In this document: one piece after another, positions 22,410 to 30,076 of the stretch
How the letters are laid out: every line of letters starts with the position of its first letter
Numbering within the stretch: the stretch's first letter is position 1
Assembly: GCA_046350815.1 (NCBI GenBank)
Contig: JAXLZO010000001.1
Coordinates: forward strand, 870,001-902,000
Length of the DNA stretch: 32,000 bases
Reading direction: 5' to 3'
Source: Candidatus Saccharimonadota bacterium
GTDB taxonomy: Bacteria; Patescibacteriota; Gracilibacteria; BD1-5; UBA2023
Position numbers and translations under genes: made by a program
Notes under the pieces: model-generated
The model's input: the letters and a program-made list of their open reading frames with translations, nothing else
Told to the model about the DNA's origin: nothing
The model's database searches: none

Positions 22410-22437
22410 CCCCCGTGCTTAGATGACAGACGCAAAT

Positions 22438-22516
22438 GCGGGGGTAACATAAAAGAGTGAGTGTACTAAGGCTTCAACCCTTGGGTGTGCCAGTTCGAAC
22501 CTGGTCCCCCGCTCCA
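22438..22516 (+). tRNA. tRNA-Gly with anticodon UCA (decodes UGA); CCA encoded
   Basis: Hand-folded cloverleaf. Acceptor gcggggg/cccccgc, discriminator T, CCA. D-stem acat/gtgt. Anticodon stem (c)taagg/ccttg(g), loop cttcaac with anticodon tca at 22474-22476. T-arm gccag-ttcgaac-ctggt. G1:C72, C2:G71, G3:C70 and U73 are the bacterial GlyRS identity set and are shared with the neighbouring tRNA-Gly(GCC). Confidence 0.85.
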
Positions 22517-22557
22517 TTTGCTTCTCTAGGTATGATTTTTATGGCATTACAACTGTT

Positions 22558-22634
22558 GCGGGTATAGCTCAATTGGCTAGAGCGTCGCCTTGCCATGGCG
22601 AAGGTTGTGAGTTCGAACCTCATTACCCGCTCCA
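22558..22634 (+). tRNA. tRNA-Gly (anticodon GCC); CCA encoded
   Basis: gcgggta-ta-gctc-aattggcta-gagc-g-tcgcc-ttGCCat-ggcga-aggtt-gtgag-ttcgaac-ctcat-tacccgc-t-cca forms a canonical cloverleaf. Confidence 0.9.
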
Positions 22635-22648
22635 TTTTTTTTCTCTCA

Positions 22649-22987
22649 ATGGCTAATTCTCACGGTCTCTCTTCGCGTCTCGTCAAAAAACAAGCTGCTG
22701 CTCGTAAGCTTTCAAAATGAAAAAAGAAAGCAGCACAAGTCTATATTGGCAACGAAAATGCTCAAAGAAGATCACTTCAGAGTTACAAAAAGAGAACGAG
22801 GTATATGCAGAATAAAGAAGCGTTTCCAAGTAAGAAACTTCCCACTAAAAATATTGATTCTCTTATCGAACTAGGAATCATTGATGAGCGAGGATTTTTC
22901 AAAAAAGGAAAGAAAAAGAACTTTATTACAGGCGGAATGACAGATCGAAATGGTCTTGATTTCTATGGGCTCCCTCGAGCAAAATAG
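22649..22987 (+). CDS. hypothetical highly basic protein (112 aa)
   Basis: ATG 22649; joins with track ORF 22805-22987 through TGA 22718-22720. Lys/Arg-rich. TAG at 22985-22987. Sits between tRNA genes. Confidence 0.45.
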
Positions 22988-22996
22988 TTACTCTAT

Positions 22997-23074
22997 GCAG
23001 TCGTAGCTCAGTTGGATTAGAGCGCCTCCCTGCGAAGGAGGAGGTCATAGGTTCGAGCCCTATCGATTGCACCA
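22997..23074 (+). tRNA. tRNA-Arg (anticodon GCG); CCA encoded
   Basis: gcagtcg-ta-gctc-agttggatta-gagc-g-cctcc-ctGCGaa-ggagg-aggtc-atagg-ttcgagc-cctat-cgattgc-a-cca. Anticodon at 23032-23034, discriminator A73. Confidence 0.85.
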
Positions 23075-24501
23075 TTACATACCTTAAGAGCCTTACTCAA
23101 CTCGAAAACCTCGTTTTTCCTGATGCATAAGGCTTTTTTATTGTCCAAAATGAGTTCGACAGCAAGAATTTTGATTATATCCCTTTTTTTCTCAAAAGAA
23201 GCATTTTTATAATGTTGGACTATATTTATAAGAGGTTCGACAATTTCACTTGCTTCTGTGAGTAAGTCAATATTCACGTCTTGAATGAGCTTCAATGCCT
23301 CATCAATCTCTAAGAGTTCAGCGTGGTTTTCCTCGTTGGACTTTTTGAATTGTTCTGCGGATATTTCTCCATTTGCACGCATATCAAGATAGCCATCCAT
23401 CTTCTTATTGATTGCCTTTTTCTTATTCATGAGGGTCATTCTTTTTCTCTCATTATCTTTGATAATATTCTTCGTTTCTTGGATAGATCCATCGATAATA
23501 ATTTGAGCTATTTCTCTGCTAATCTCAAACTCATCAATACATTGATCGAAATATTCAATGATTTTCTTCTCACTTATTCGCACAGCACCAGCTCATCGCC
23601 CATGGTAATATACTACCTTACTCATTCTTCCAGTTGATTCCGATGCCGAAAGAATATTCCCGTGCATATCTTTAACGAGTCATTTAAATGGGAATTGTTC
23701 TCGTGGTGTTACTGCCTTGAAAACAGTATTTGCCCTATCCCAGAGATTTTTATCAACAATTGCAAAAGCTTTGTTCATAATTACTTCTCATCAGAAATGC
23801 ATGAGTCCATAATATGTCTTTGTGCGAAGTATTTGCTCCACGGATTTTCTCGTAAAATTGTTACTTTTCCATCCATGATCACTCTTGAGAATGTCTTTTG
23901 CTCTCACATGTTCAGCGATCGCATGAGTAGTCCATCACTTATTCACTCGTAGATCAAATATTTCTTGAATCTGTTCTGCTTCGACTGGATCTACTACCCA
24001 AGTATTATTTTCATCTTTTTTGTACCCACGAGGTCATCTGGTAACAAACTGTCCCTTCCTAAATTTTGTAAGCATGCCACGCTTAATATCCTCCGCCAAC
24101 TTCATAACGTAGTGATTCGCAAAAGAGAGGATCACAGCCATCATCATCGTGCTCTCTTGCTTTCCAAAGACTCCATCAGATACGGTATGCACCTTTTGGA
24201 TTTGTCCTCTCTGAACAATCGTCTGGAGCTTTGCCCCGTCGATCGGATTTCGAGAGAGACGATCTAATTTCCAAGCGACAATACCATCAGCCTCTCACTT
24301 TTTACAGCGATCAATCATCGCTTGAAACTTTGGGCGTGTTTCCTCAATCTTTGCAGAGAGGACTTCTTCAAATATCTCAATGACCTCAAATCATTCTCTC
24401 GTACAAAGAGACTCACACTCAAGTCTCTGAGACTCCAGAGAGAGTTGCTGCTTGTCCTCACGATCAGTGGACTTGCGTAGGTAGATAAAAACTCGAAACA
24501 T
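23017..24501 (-). CDS. large serine recombinase (integrase)
   Basis: 494 aa from ATG 24501. N-terminal resolvase catalytic domain MFRVFIYLRKSTDREDKQQLSLESQ...GIVAWKLDRLSRN, then a recombinase domain and C-terminal coiled coil (track ORF 23017-23583). About 8 in-frame TGA. The last 58 nt overlap tRNA-Arg antisense. Confidence 0.9.
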
Positions 24502-24580
24502 ACAAAACAATTTATATACTAAAAAGATAGCTCTCTTGTCCTAATAAGCAACAAGAAAAGGGGAGTCAACCCCCTCATTC

Positions 24581-24958
24581 TTATATCCTATCGAGATCAC
24601 GAAAGTCATCGATTCACCGAGTATCTCATAGAGCATCTCATGATTTCTTTTGGAGAACTGAGAAGTTTGTGGTGTGAATCTCGGCTACTTTCTTCCTGAC
24701 ATCATTCTCCTGAAACTCTGAGTACTGAAGACGACCGGTTATATAGAGAGTGTCTCACTTTGAGACCATATCGCTCATCTTCATAGCAAGAGTACCCCAG
24801 GCGACACATGAATGATACTCTGGGATAGTTTGTCCGCTTCGATCGCTGCGATTCGTAGCAATCTGAAAGTTCAGAAACGTATCACCATTTTTAAGCTCTT
24901 TCCGTGTAGGGTGTGAGCAAATATTTCCGAGAATGTTGATTTGATTGATTGAGTGCAT
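24581..24958 (-). CDS. ssb: single-stranded DNA-binding protein
   Basis: MHSINQINILGNICSHPTRKELKNGDTFLNFQIATNR....HSCVAWGTLAMKMSDMVSK-G-DTLYITGRLQYSEFQ is the OB-fold SSB pattern, with an acidic C-terminal tail ..GIDDFRDLDRY. ATG at 24958, TAA at 24581-24583. Confidence 0.85.
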
Positions 24959-24987
24959 AGGTTTGACTCTTAAGAGACTGTATAAAG

Positions 24988-25353
24988 TTATATTTTTTCC
25001 ATTTCGTTTACTATCCTGATAGCATCTTCGTATCAGTGTGCAAAAAAAGCACCGACATTGTTGATGCTTGAGAGTGCTTGTATCCACTCTTCTTGAGTTG
25101 GATCAATGTGTGAGTCGTTGAGTCATCCTTTCGGTCATCTCTCTTTTTTCATCTCGAGAAAGAGAAGAGATCATCTCTTGAGAATAATCATGAAGTCAGG
25201 AACTCATGGGGAGACTCCCATGCGTTTTTTCTTCGCTCCGACGATCATGGCGACCTTTGGAGGGAGTCATGACTCATTGGCTATATGTGTGAATATATAC
25301 CTATGCAAGACGAGCCATCGTGCGAAGGCTTCTGAGTGTTGTGTTTCGGTCAT
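24988..25353 (-). CDS. VRR-NUC domain nuclease
   Basis: 121 aa. ...KRMGVSP-G-VPDFMIILKR-G-SLLFLEMKKER-G-..QEEWIQAL.. matches the PD-(D/E)xK VRR-NUC motif (G.PD...lE.K...Q..w). 6 in-frame TGA. Verified codon by codon. TAA at 24988-24990. Confidence 0.8.
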
Positions 25354-25371
25354 TGGTGGAATTTTAACAAA

Positions 25372-25398
25372 AGAAAAACCATGATCCTCCAATCATGG
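25372..25398 (-). terminator. candidate terminator
   Basis: The minus strand reads ccatgat-tggagg-atcatgg followed by tttttc. Confidence 0.45.
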
Positions 25399-25648
25399 TA
25401 TATAGTTTTTAAGAAGAGATGTATTTTACATCTCTTGCTCTTGCCATCCTTTTCTCTGGCTTGCTTTCTGTTCAATAAAGCTATAAGTGAGACCAGATGT
25501 GTCTAAGTATATATAGTCCTCATCTTCTGATAAGATCCAAAGATCATATACATTGTAGCCCTGACGATTTTTAAAGAGTTGGTACTCCTCCATCAGTGCT
25601 TCAAATATTTGCTCCGCTGAGACACGCTCTCCCAATATATTGATATAA

Positions 25649-25655
25649 TTACTAA
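25649..25655. repeat. target-site duplication TTACTAA (left)
   Basis: An identical 7-mer lies directly outside each IS terminus. Confidence 0.75.
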
Positions 25656-26408
25656 GGGTCTAAACCAGTTACGGGTTATATTGACGAAGTAACTTTAGCA
25701 CTTCCTTATAAATATCTTTTCATTGAATACGACAATTATATCTGAATTCAGATTCTTTCAAAAAATAGTAGAAGTAGACTTTCTTGATTCCATTGAATTG
25801 AGAGAGTCTTCTTTTGGTATAACTCCAAAATGACTCTATTCAATTAATGTGTTGAGTTCATCTTGCAAATTCATTTGCTCCGTGATGAACACGGTAGTGT
25901 TTCTCATATCCAATATCTACAAGCCCATCATAAGCTCACCATCCATCACTGTTAATCTCAGACTCTTCTATACGAAGTTTTCATCGAATGATTGGCACGA
26001 GAGTCCTTGCTTTTACATCAGGAACTATCTCAGTATATACTTTTCAGTTTCTTTTGAGTAAACCAAAGACTATTGTCTTCATACCAGCTCACCTTCCTCT
26101 CTTTCATCGGACTCTTGTTGGTCAGAAGTAACTCTCATCTATCTCAACATTTCCAGTCCATATTTCATTCTTTTCTCTCTCACAGAGAAAGGCTATCGCC
26201 TTTCTGATATATCTATACCAATCCTGTGTTGTTTTTGGATTGAGACCTGTTAATACCGCTGTTTTATCTGAAGTAAAATCCAGAGAAAAATATTTCACAA
26301 TTTCTCTTATTTTTGCATCTCAAATTCGTGATTTTTTCCTATAGGTAGTTTTACTGATCATAGAGCCAAGTTTATGGGATAATTTATCCTGTCAACTGGT
26401 TTAGACCC
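25656..26408 (-). mobile_element. IS1595-family (IS1016-like) insertion sequence, 753 bp
   Basis: Terminal inverted repeats gggtctaaaccagtt (25656-25670) and aactggtttagaccc (26394-26408), a single DDE transposase ORF, and a 7-bp TSD. Size, GGG termini and TSD length fit the IS1016 group as described in ISfinder. Confidence 0.8.
25669..26361 (-). CDS. IS1595-family DDE transposase (230 aa)
   Basis: ...NVEIDESYF-G-PTRVR-G-KRGR-G-AGMKTIVFGLLKRN-G-KVYTEIV..INSDGW-G-AYDGL...HINGIESFWSYTKRRL..FYYFLKESEFRYN matches the DDE_Tnp_IS1595 pattern. 11 in-frame TGA. The stop TAA 25669-25671 lies inside the left IR. Confidence 0.85.
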
Positions 26409-26415
26409 TTACTAA
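26409..26415. repeat. target-site duplication TTACTAA (right)
   Basis: See the left copy at 25649-25655. Confidence 0.75.
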
Positions 26416-26650
26416 AACCAGCATTAAATTCTTCTTTGCTCATTACTTCAAAGATATATTTGGTAATTTCATCACAATCACATTGCATCTCTTTAGGTAC
26501 AAAATACAGTTTAACTAATTCTTGAGAATAATGCACCATAACAGGGTATGTGTCCATGATTTCCTCCTTCTTTGTGTATCAATCTGAACATGTGTATTTT
26601 ACATAAAATATGCATCATTTCAATACTTCAAAATATCATTAGATGCTGAA

Positions 26651-26797
26651 TTATTTCAGTAAATGCTTCACTCGCTCTGCTGTAGGCTTTGCGAGGTGTT
26701 GTCTGAGGAGTTCTCTCCTCTGTTTTTCTCGTCTCTCTTCGATGAATTTGAGATGAGCGATATGTTCTGGAGTGTGATGAGGTTTATCGTTTCGCAT
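26651..26797 (-). CDS. hypothetical small charged protein (48 aa)
   Basis: MRNDKPHHTPEHIAHLKFIEERREKQRRELLRQHLAKPTAERVKHLLK has a helical, charged composition. No SD. A competing plus-strand ORF looks non-protein-like. Confidence 0.3.
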   Translation of the reverse strand: MRNDKPHHTPEHIAHLKFIEERREKQRRELLRQHLAKPTAERVKHLLK

Positions 26798-26860
26798 AGA
26801 GAAAATATAAAAAAGAAAAATCCCCGATTCGTGAAAGAATGGGGAAGAAGAGAAAATGTA

Positions 26861-27250
26861 CTATCAGTGAGATATTTTGTCCATATAGGACTGCGCACAA
26901 GCTAGTTGTGGACTGAGATTCGCGCTTGTAATATCCTCAAACTGATCATACTTTGTGCGTATACGCAACAAGAATATCGAAACATTACCGACAGTTCCAG
27001 TAGCAAATACGGATATTACCGGATAGTCGCAATTGAGACTATCGAATATTCTCATACCAAGTTCACTTAAAAGCTTATTGTCTTGATTCATGTAACATAT
27101 ATGATAAGAATTTCTGGATGTAAAATATTCATTAAGAATTTTTTTCACATCATGAGATGAACCTATCATGTCTTCATAAATTTTCTGCAAAGCTTTGTGC
27201 GCTTTCGGAAGTATGTCATGTGTATACAATTCTTCTGCATTCATGTTCAT
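26861..27250 (-). CDS. hypothetical protein (about 127-129 aa)
   Basis: Intact ORF. AAGGAGGA precedes tandem ATGs (27250 and 27244). Ends ...ISH-TGA-TAG at 26861-26866. No family recognised. Confidence 0.55.
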
Positions 27251-27299
27251 TCCTCCTTATAGTTAGAACATGTTTTTCATGCTATGCGTTAATTATCAT

Positions 27300-27335
27300 T
27301 TGTCAATATAACCCGTAAATGTTTTAGATCCTAGT
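27300..27335. repeat. solo, degenerate copy of the IS left end (inverted orientation)
   Basis: tgtcaatataacccgtaaatgttttagatcctagt compared with the reverse complement of 25651-25686, cgtcaatataacccgtaactggtttagacccttagt. Confidence 0.7.
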
Positions 27336-27451
27336 CTAATACATTCTAGCATACGGTGCACAATAAAGTAAATGCTTGATCTGAAACTCTGTGAGTGATG
27401 GATCGTTAGTCACAATTTCACGAAACTTCTCTGCATACAAATGGATCCATG

Positions 27452-27604
27452 TTATTGGGTCCATTTCTGTATCTTCCAAGATGAATTTCACTTGGAGCTT
27501 CGCAATTTGCGTAAGTGTTCGAGAGCGTGGTTGGAGATATTCAGTTGGTGGAGGAAGACCGATGTTTCATACATCGTTACATCAATCATCTTCTTCATCA
27601 TCAT
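27452..27604 (-). CDS. hypothetical small protein (about 50 aa)
   Basis: AAGGAGGAG lies directly upstream of ATGATGATG (27596-27604). One internal TGA. TAA at 27452-27454. Confidence 0.35.
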
Positions 27605-27939
27605 CTCCTCCTTGGTCGAGTTCGAGGGACATGCAGATTGTGAATTAAGAGTTAGCTACTTGATGACCCAAACATCTTCCATCAGATCATATGTTGTCAC
27701 AACTTCCATTTGGGATAGCTGTATATCACTTTGTTTCCAAATTTGTGCATTCAATAAGAAAGTCTTCATATGAGCATCAAAACATTTCCCAGCATTGAAG
27801 TTTCATTTTCATTTTATTTTTCATGCTTTTAAAATGTTCTCTCATACCATCAATGGAAGCAACAATATGCACTGTTTGTCTCATAAAAAAAGAATAATAA
27901 AAACCGAGCAATCGACTCGGTAGCAGTGTTTGAACACAG

Positions 27940-27963
27940 AAAAACTCCTTTTTTAGGAGTTTT
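27940..27963 (-). terminator. Rho-independent terminator of the CDF gene
   Basis: The minus strand reads aaaactcct-aaaaa-aggagttttt, 18 nt after the stop at 27982. Confidence 0.65.
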
Positions 27964-27981
27964 ATGTATTTAATATTTGAT

Positions 27982-28911
27982 CTAACAAATATGATTCCCA
28001 CACTCACCATATTCCGTCTCAAGCGTAGTATGATGAATATTTTCATCTTCAAGAATATGTCGTATTTGAGTTTTTATGGTTTGTTCATCCTCTCATTTTC
28101 CTAGGGTGATATGTGCAGTAAAAGCATTTTTTGTTGTTGAGAGAGACCATATATGAATATGATGGATATCTTGTACTCCTTCAATCTTAAGAAGCTTGAT
28201 TCTTATATCTTCTGTATCTATCCCATGAGGTACTCCATCAAAATTCATACGAATACTTTGTTTGAGAAGATTCATTACACTTACAAGCATCACTATGGAT
28301 ACAACGATTGATATGATTGGATCGATGACGGTGTATCCTGTGAAATAGATGAGAGCGCCAGCAAAAACAACGCCCAAAGAAACAAGAGCATCCATGAGAA
28401 GGTGCATGTATGCAGACTTGATATTTATATCTTCTTTTCCAGCCTTCATGAGAATTAGACCAGAGAAGCCATTCACCAATATTCCTATGCCTGCAACTAT
28501 CATCATGGTAGTACCAACAGTCTCTACTGGTTGCATCATTCTTCCTATTGCTTCAAATACAAGATAAATTGCCGTGATAATTATGAGAATGGAGTTTATA
28601 AGAGCTGAGAAAATACTCGCTCTTTTATATCCATAGGTAAATCGCTCTGTACTTTTTCTTTGTGAGAGCCACAGTGCGAATCATGAAAGTAAGAGGTTAA
28701 GAATATCCATCACATTGTGACTCGCATCCGATAGCAGTGCAAGTGAGTGAATTTTCACACCAAAGAATGCTTCGACGATTACAAAAGCTATATTGAGAGT
28801 TATTGCGAGTAAGAAGGCAGAAGAAAGATTAGATACTCCGTGAGAATGATCATGATTTTCATGAATATCTCAATATTCGTGATGATGGCTTGTATGATGT
28901 TGATGAGTCAT
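27982..28911 (-). CDS. cation diffusion facilitator (CzcD/ZitB-like divalent metal exporter)
   Basis: 309 aa. His-rich N-terminus MTHQHHTSHHHEY-G-DIHENHDHSH, TM2 motif LLSDASHN, TM5 HLLMDAL, and a C-terminal cytoplasmic domain ..IHHIHIWSLS..AHITL... Reads through TGA 28093 to TAG 27982-27984. Confidence 0.85.
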
Positions 28912-28969
28912 GCGTGCTATAGGGAAAATAGTCGTGAATTATATGAGAAATAGCTTGAAGAGCAATGAG

Positions 28970-30010
28970 CTATTTTTCTATTAAAAACAACCTTACTTCC
29001 TCCTCTCTCCTCTTCAGTAATCCCTTCAGCTGTCTCCCTCCAGCCCCATTCTTCCAATACTCAATCTTCGGTTGTCACTTCTTCACCTTTGCCGTGACTC
29101 GAAGGTAGCATCGCTCACAGTTGTACCGGAGTGATGTAAGAGCTGCAATCTTGTTGTCGGAACTTTTCGGATAGTTCTTACGGATTCTTGCGATGAGCTT
29201 GTCTACAATTTCTTGTAGTCTTCGCTCAGCTTCCTGTTTGGTTATTTTCTCGCCTGCATACGATCGAGTTCCGTATCCAATGGAGTATCCGAGGTGATCC
29301 CAGTAGGCTGTGAGCCTGAGTCCTTCGTATTTTCGGATCATTTCGAGCGCGAGTACTCTCGCAGATGATTCGTTCCCATGTATATTCTCTCAAGCATCCT
29401 TCCGTGGGCTTGAAGGAGCTTTTCATGTTTGTTTAGCCACTTGTAGTTTTCGATCTGATCAAGTGATATTTCACGAATCTTTTCCCACACTCGATTGAGT
29501 TGTAGGAGAATATATATGGTTACTACCAGATTGCACAGAAGGCTTATTGAGAATGTCATCATGAGCATATGCTGTCGTGATTAGTGATGGTCTGGGGGGT
29601 GCGGTGGAAACTGCCCCACCGCTAGCATTCTTTTGTGTGTTTGTACATTCGAATGAGACCAAGCGAATGCATCCATCGAGATCCTGAAGTCTTGAGTCTG
29701 CATTCTGAAGTTTGTCTTCATTCGCTTTCTTGTTCTTGAGGTATTCCTGGTAGAGAGCATCTTGTTTCTTTTGAGCTTCGTCCATTTCTTTCAGGATGGA
29801 TGCTTTGTTGTCCTCGAGGTACTTTTGTTCGACTTCGTAGTCGTGTATGAGTTTTTGTTGCATTGCTTTATACGTCTTTGCTTCATCAACCTTTTCAGAG
29901 AGATGAGAGACATAGAATCAGAGAGCAATCACCAAGATTGCGAAGAGGATCGCATCAAGATTGTTTCTTACTATACCCGAGAGCGTAGATGTGATTTTTG
30001 GAAAATTCAT
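28970..30010 (-). CDS. membrane-anchored GH24 (phage-type) lysozyme: N-terminal TM anchor, coiled coil, Ser/Thr/Pro-rich linker, lysozyme domain
   Basis: With TGA as sense, one frame runs from ATG 30010 (MNFPKITSTLSGIVRNNLDAILFAILVIAL-G-FYVSHL) through track ORFs 29471-29863 and 29075-29341 to TAG 28970-28972. The GH24 motifs ..ARVLALEMIRKYEGLRLTAYWDHLGYSIGYG.. and the post-TGA tail ..EYWKNGAGGRQLKGLLKRREEE lie on both sides of TGA codons. Start is uncertain (30010, 29863, or an internal GTG). Confidence 0.7.
29338..29568 (-). CDS. embedded out-of-frame ORF encoding a single-TM protein (holin-like candidate)
   Basis: MLMMTFSISLLCNLVVTIYILLQLNRVWEKIREI... has one N-terminal TM helix plus a charged tail. 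It lies wholly inside the linker-coding part of the lysozyme ORF. Its TGA (29338-29340) overlaps ATG 29341 as ATGA. Under table 25 it would run on to TAA 29242-29244. Confidence 0.3.
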   Translation of the reverse strand: MLMMTFSISLLCNLVVTIYILLQLNRVWEKIREISLDQIENYKWLNKHEKLLQAHGRMLERIYMGTNHLREYSRSK

Positions 30011-30027
30011 AGAGGAATTTTTGGAAT

Positions 30028-30053
30028 AAAAAAAGCCCTACGTGGTGTAGGGC
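30028..30053 (-). terminator. Rho-independent terminator
   Basis: The minus strand reads gcccta-caccacg-tagggc followed by ttttttt. Confidence 0.7.
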
Positions 30054-30076
30054 AAAGGGTGCTAGCAAGACGAGTT

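Larger units (their letters stand above)
25426..26557 (-). pseudogene. phage hypothetical gene split by IS insertion (5' part 26416-26557, 3' part 25426-25655)
   Basis: ATG 26557 is preceded by GGAGGA. Removing the IS plus one copy of the 7-bp duplication joins ...EEFNAGFS to NYINILGERVSAEQ... in frame, giving a protein of about 123 aa that ends at TAA 25426-25428. Confidence 0.7.

Noticed and set aside
25653-26411. IS630/Tc1-mariner-type element with a TA target duplication
   Set aside because: The 18-bp IR reading ends in TA on both sides. However, the transposase motifs are IS1595-like, the size fits IS1016-type elements, and a longer exact 7-bp duplication TTACTAA flanks GGG...CCC termini. 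Both models restore the target frame; the 7-bp TSD model fits the family.
27336-27451. Minus-strand ORF MQRSFVKL..GYIDKG ending TGA-TAA at 27293-27298
   Set aside because: It runs through the solo IS-end remnant, has no SD, and has no recognisable features. It is kept only as a weak supporting observation for the TGA-TAR pattern.
27777-28052. 91-aa minus-strand track ORF (open down to 27645 under table 25)
   Set aside because: It overlaps the true C-terminus of the CDF gene (which reads through TGA 28093 to TAG 27982) and runs across the CDF terminator hairpins. The sequence is junk-like.
29075-29341. Lysozyme as an 88-aa standard-code ORF
   Set aside because: The conserved GH24 C-terminal segment (W..aGG...GL..RR..E) lies after TGA 29075, and the conserved segment preceding the catalytic EG lies upstream of Met 29341. 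The short ORF is therefore only a fragment.
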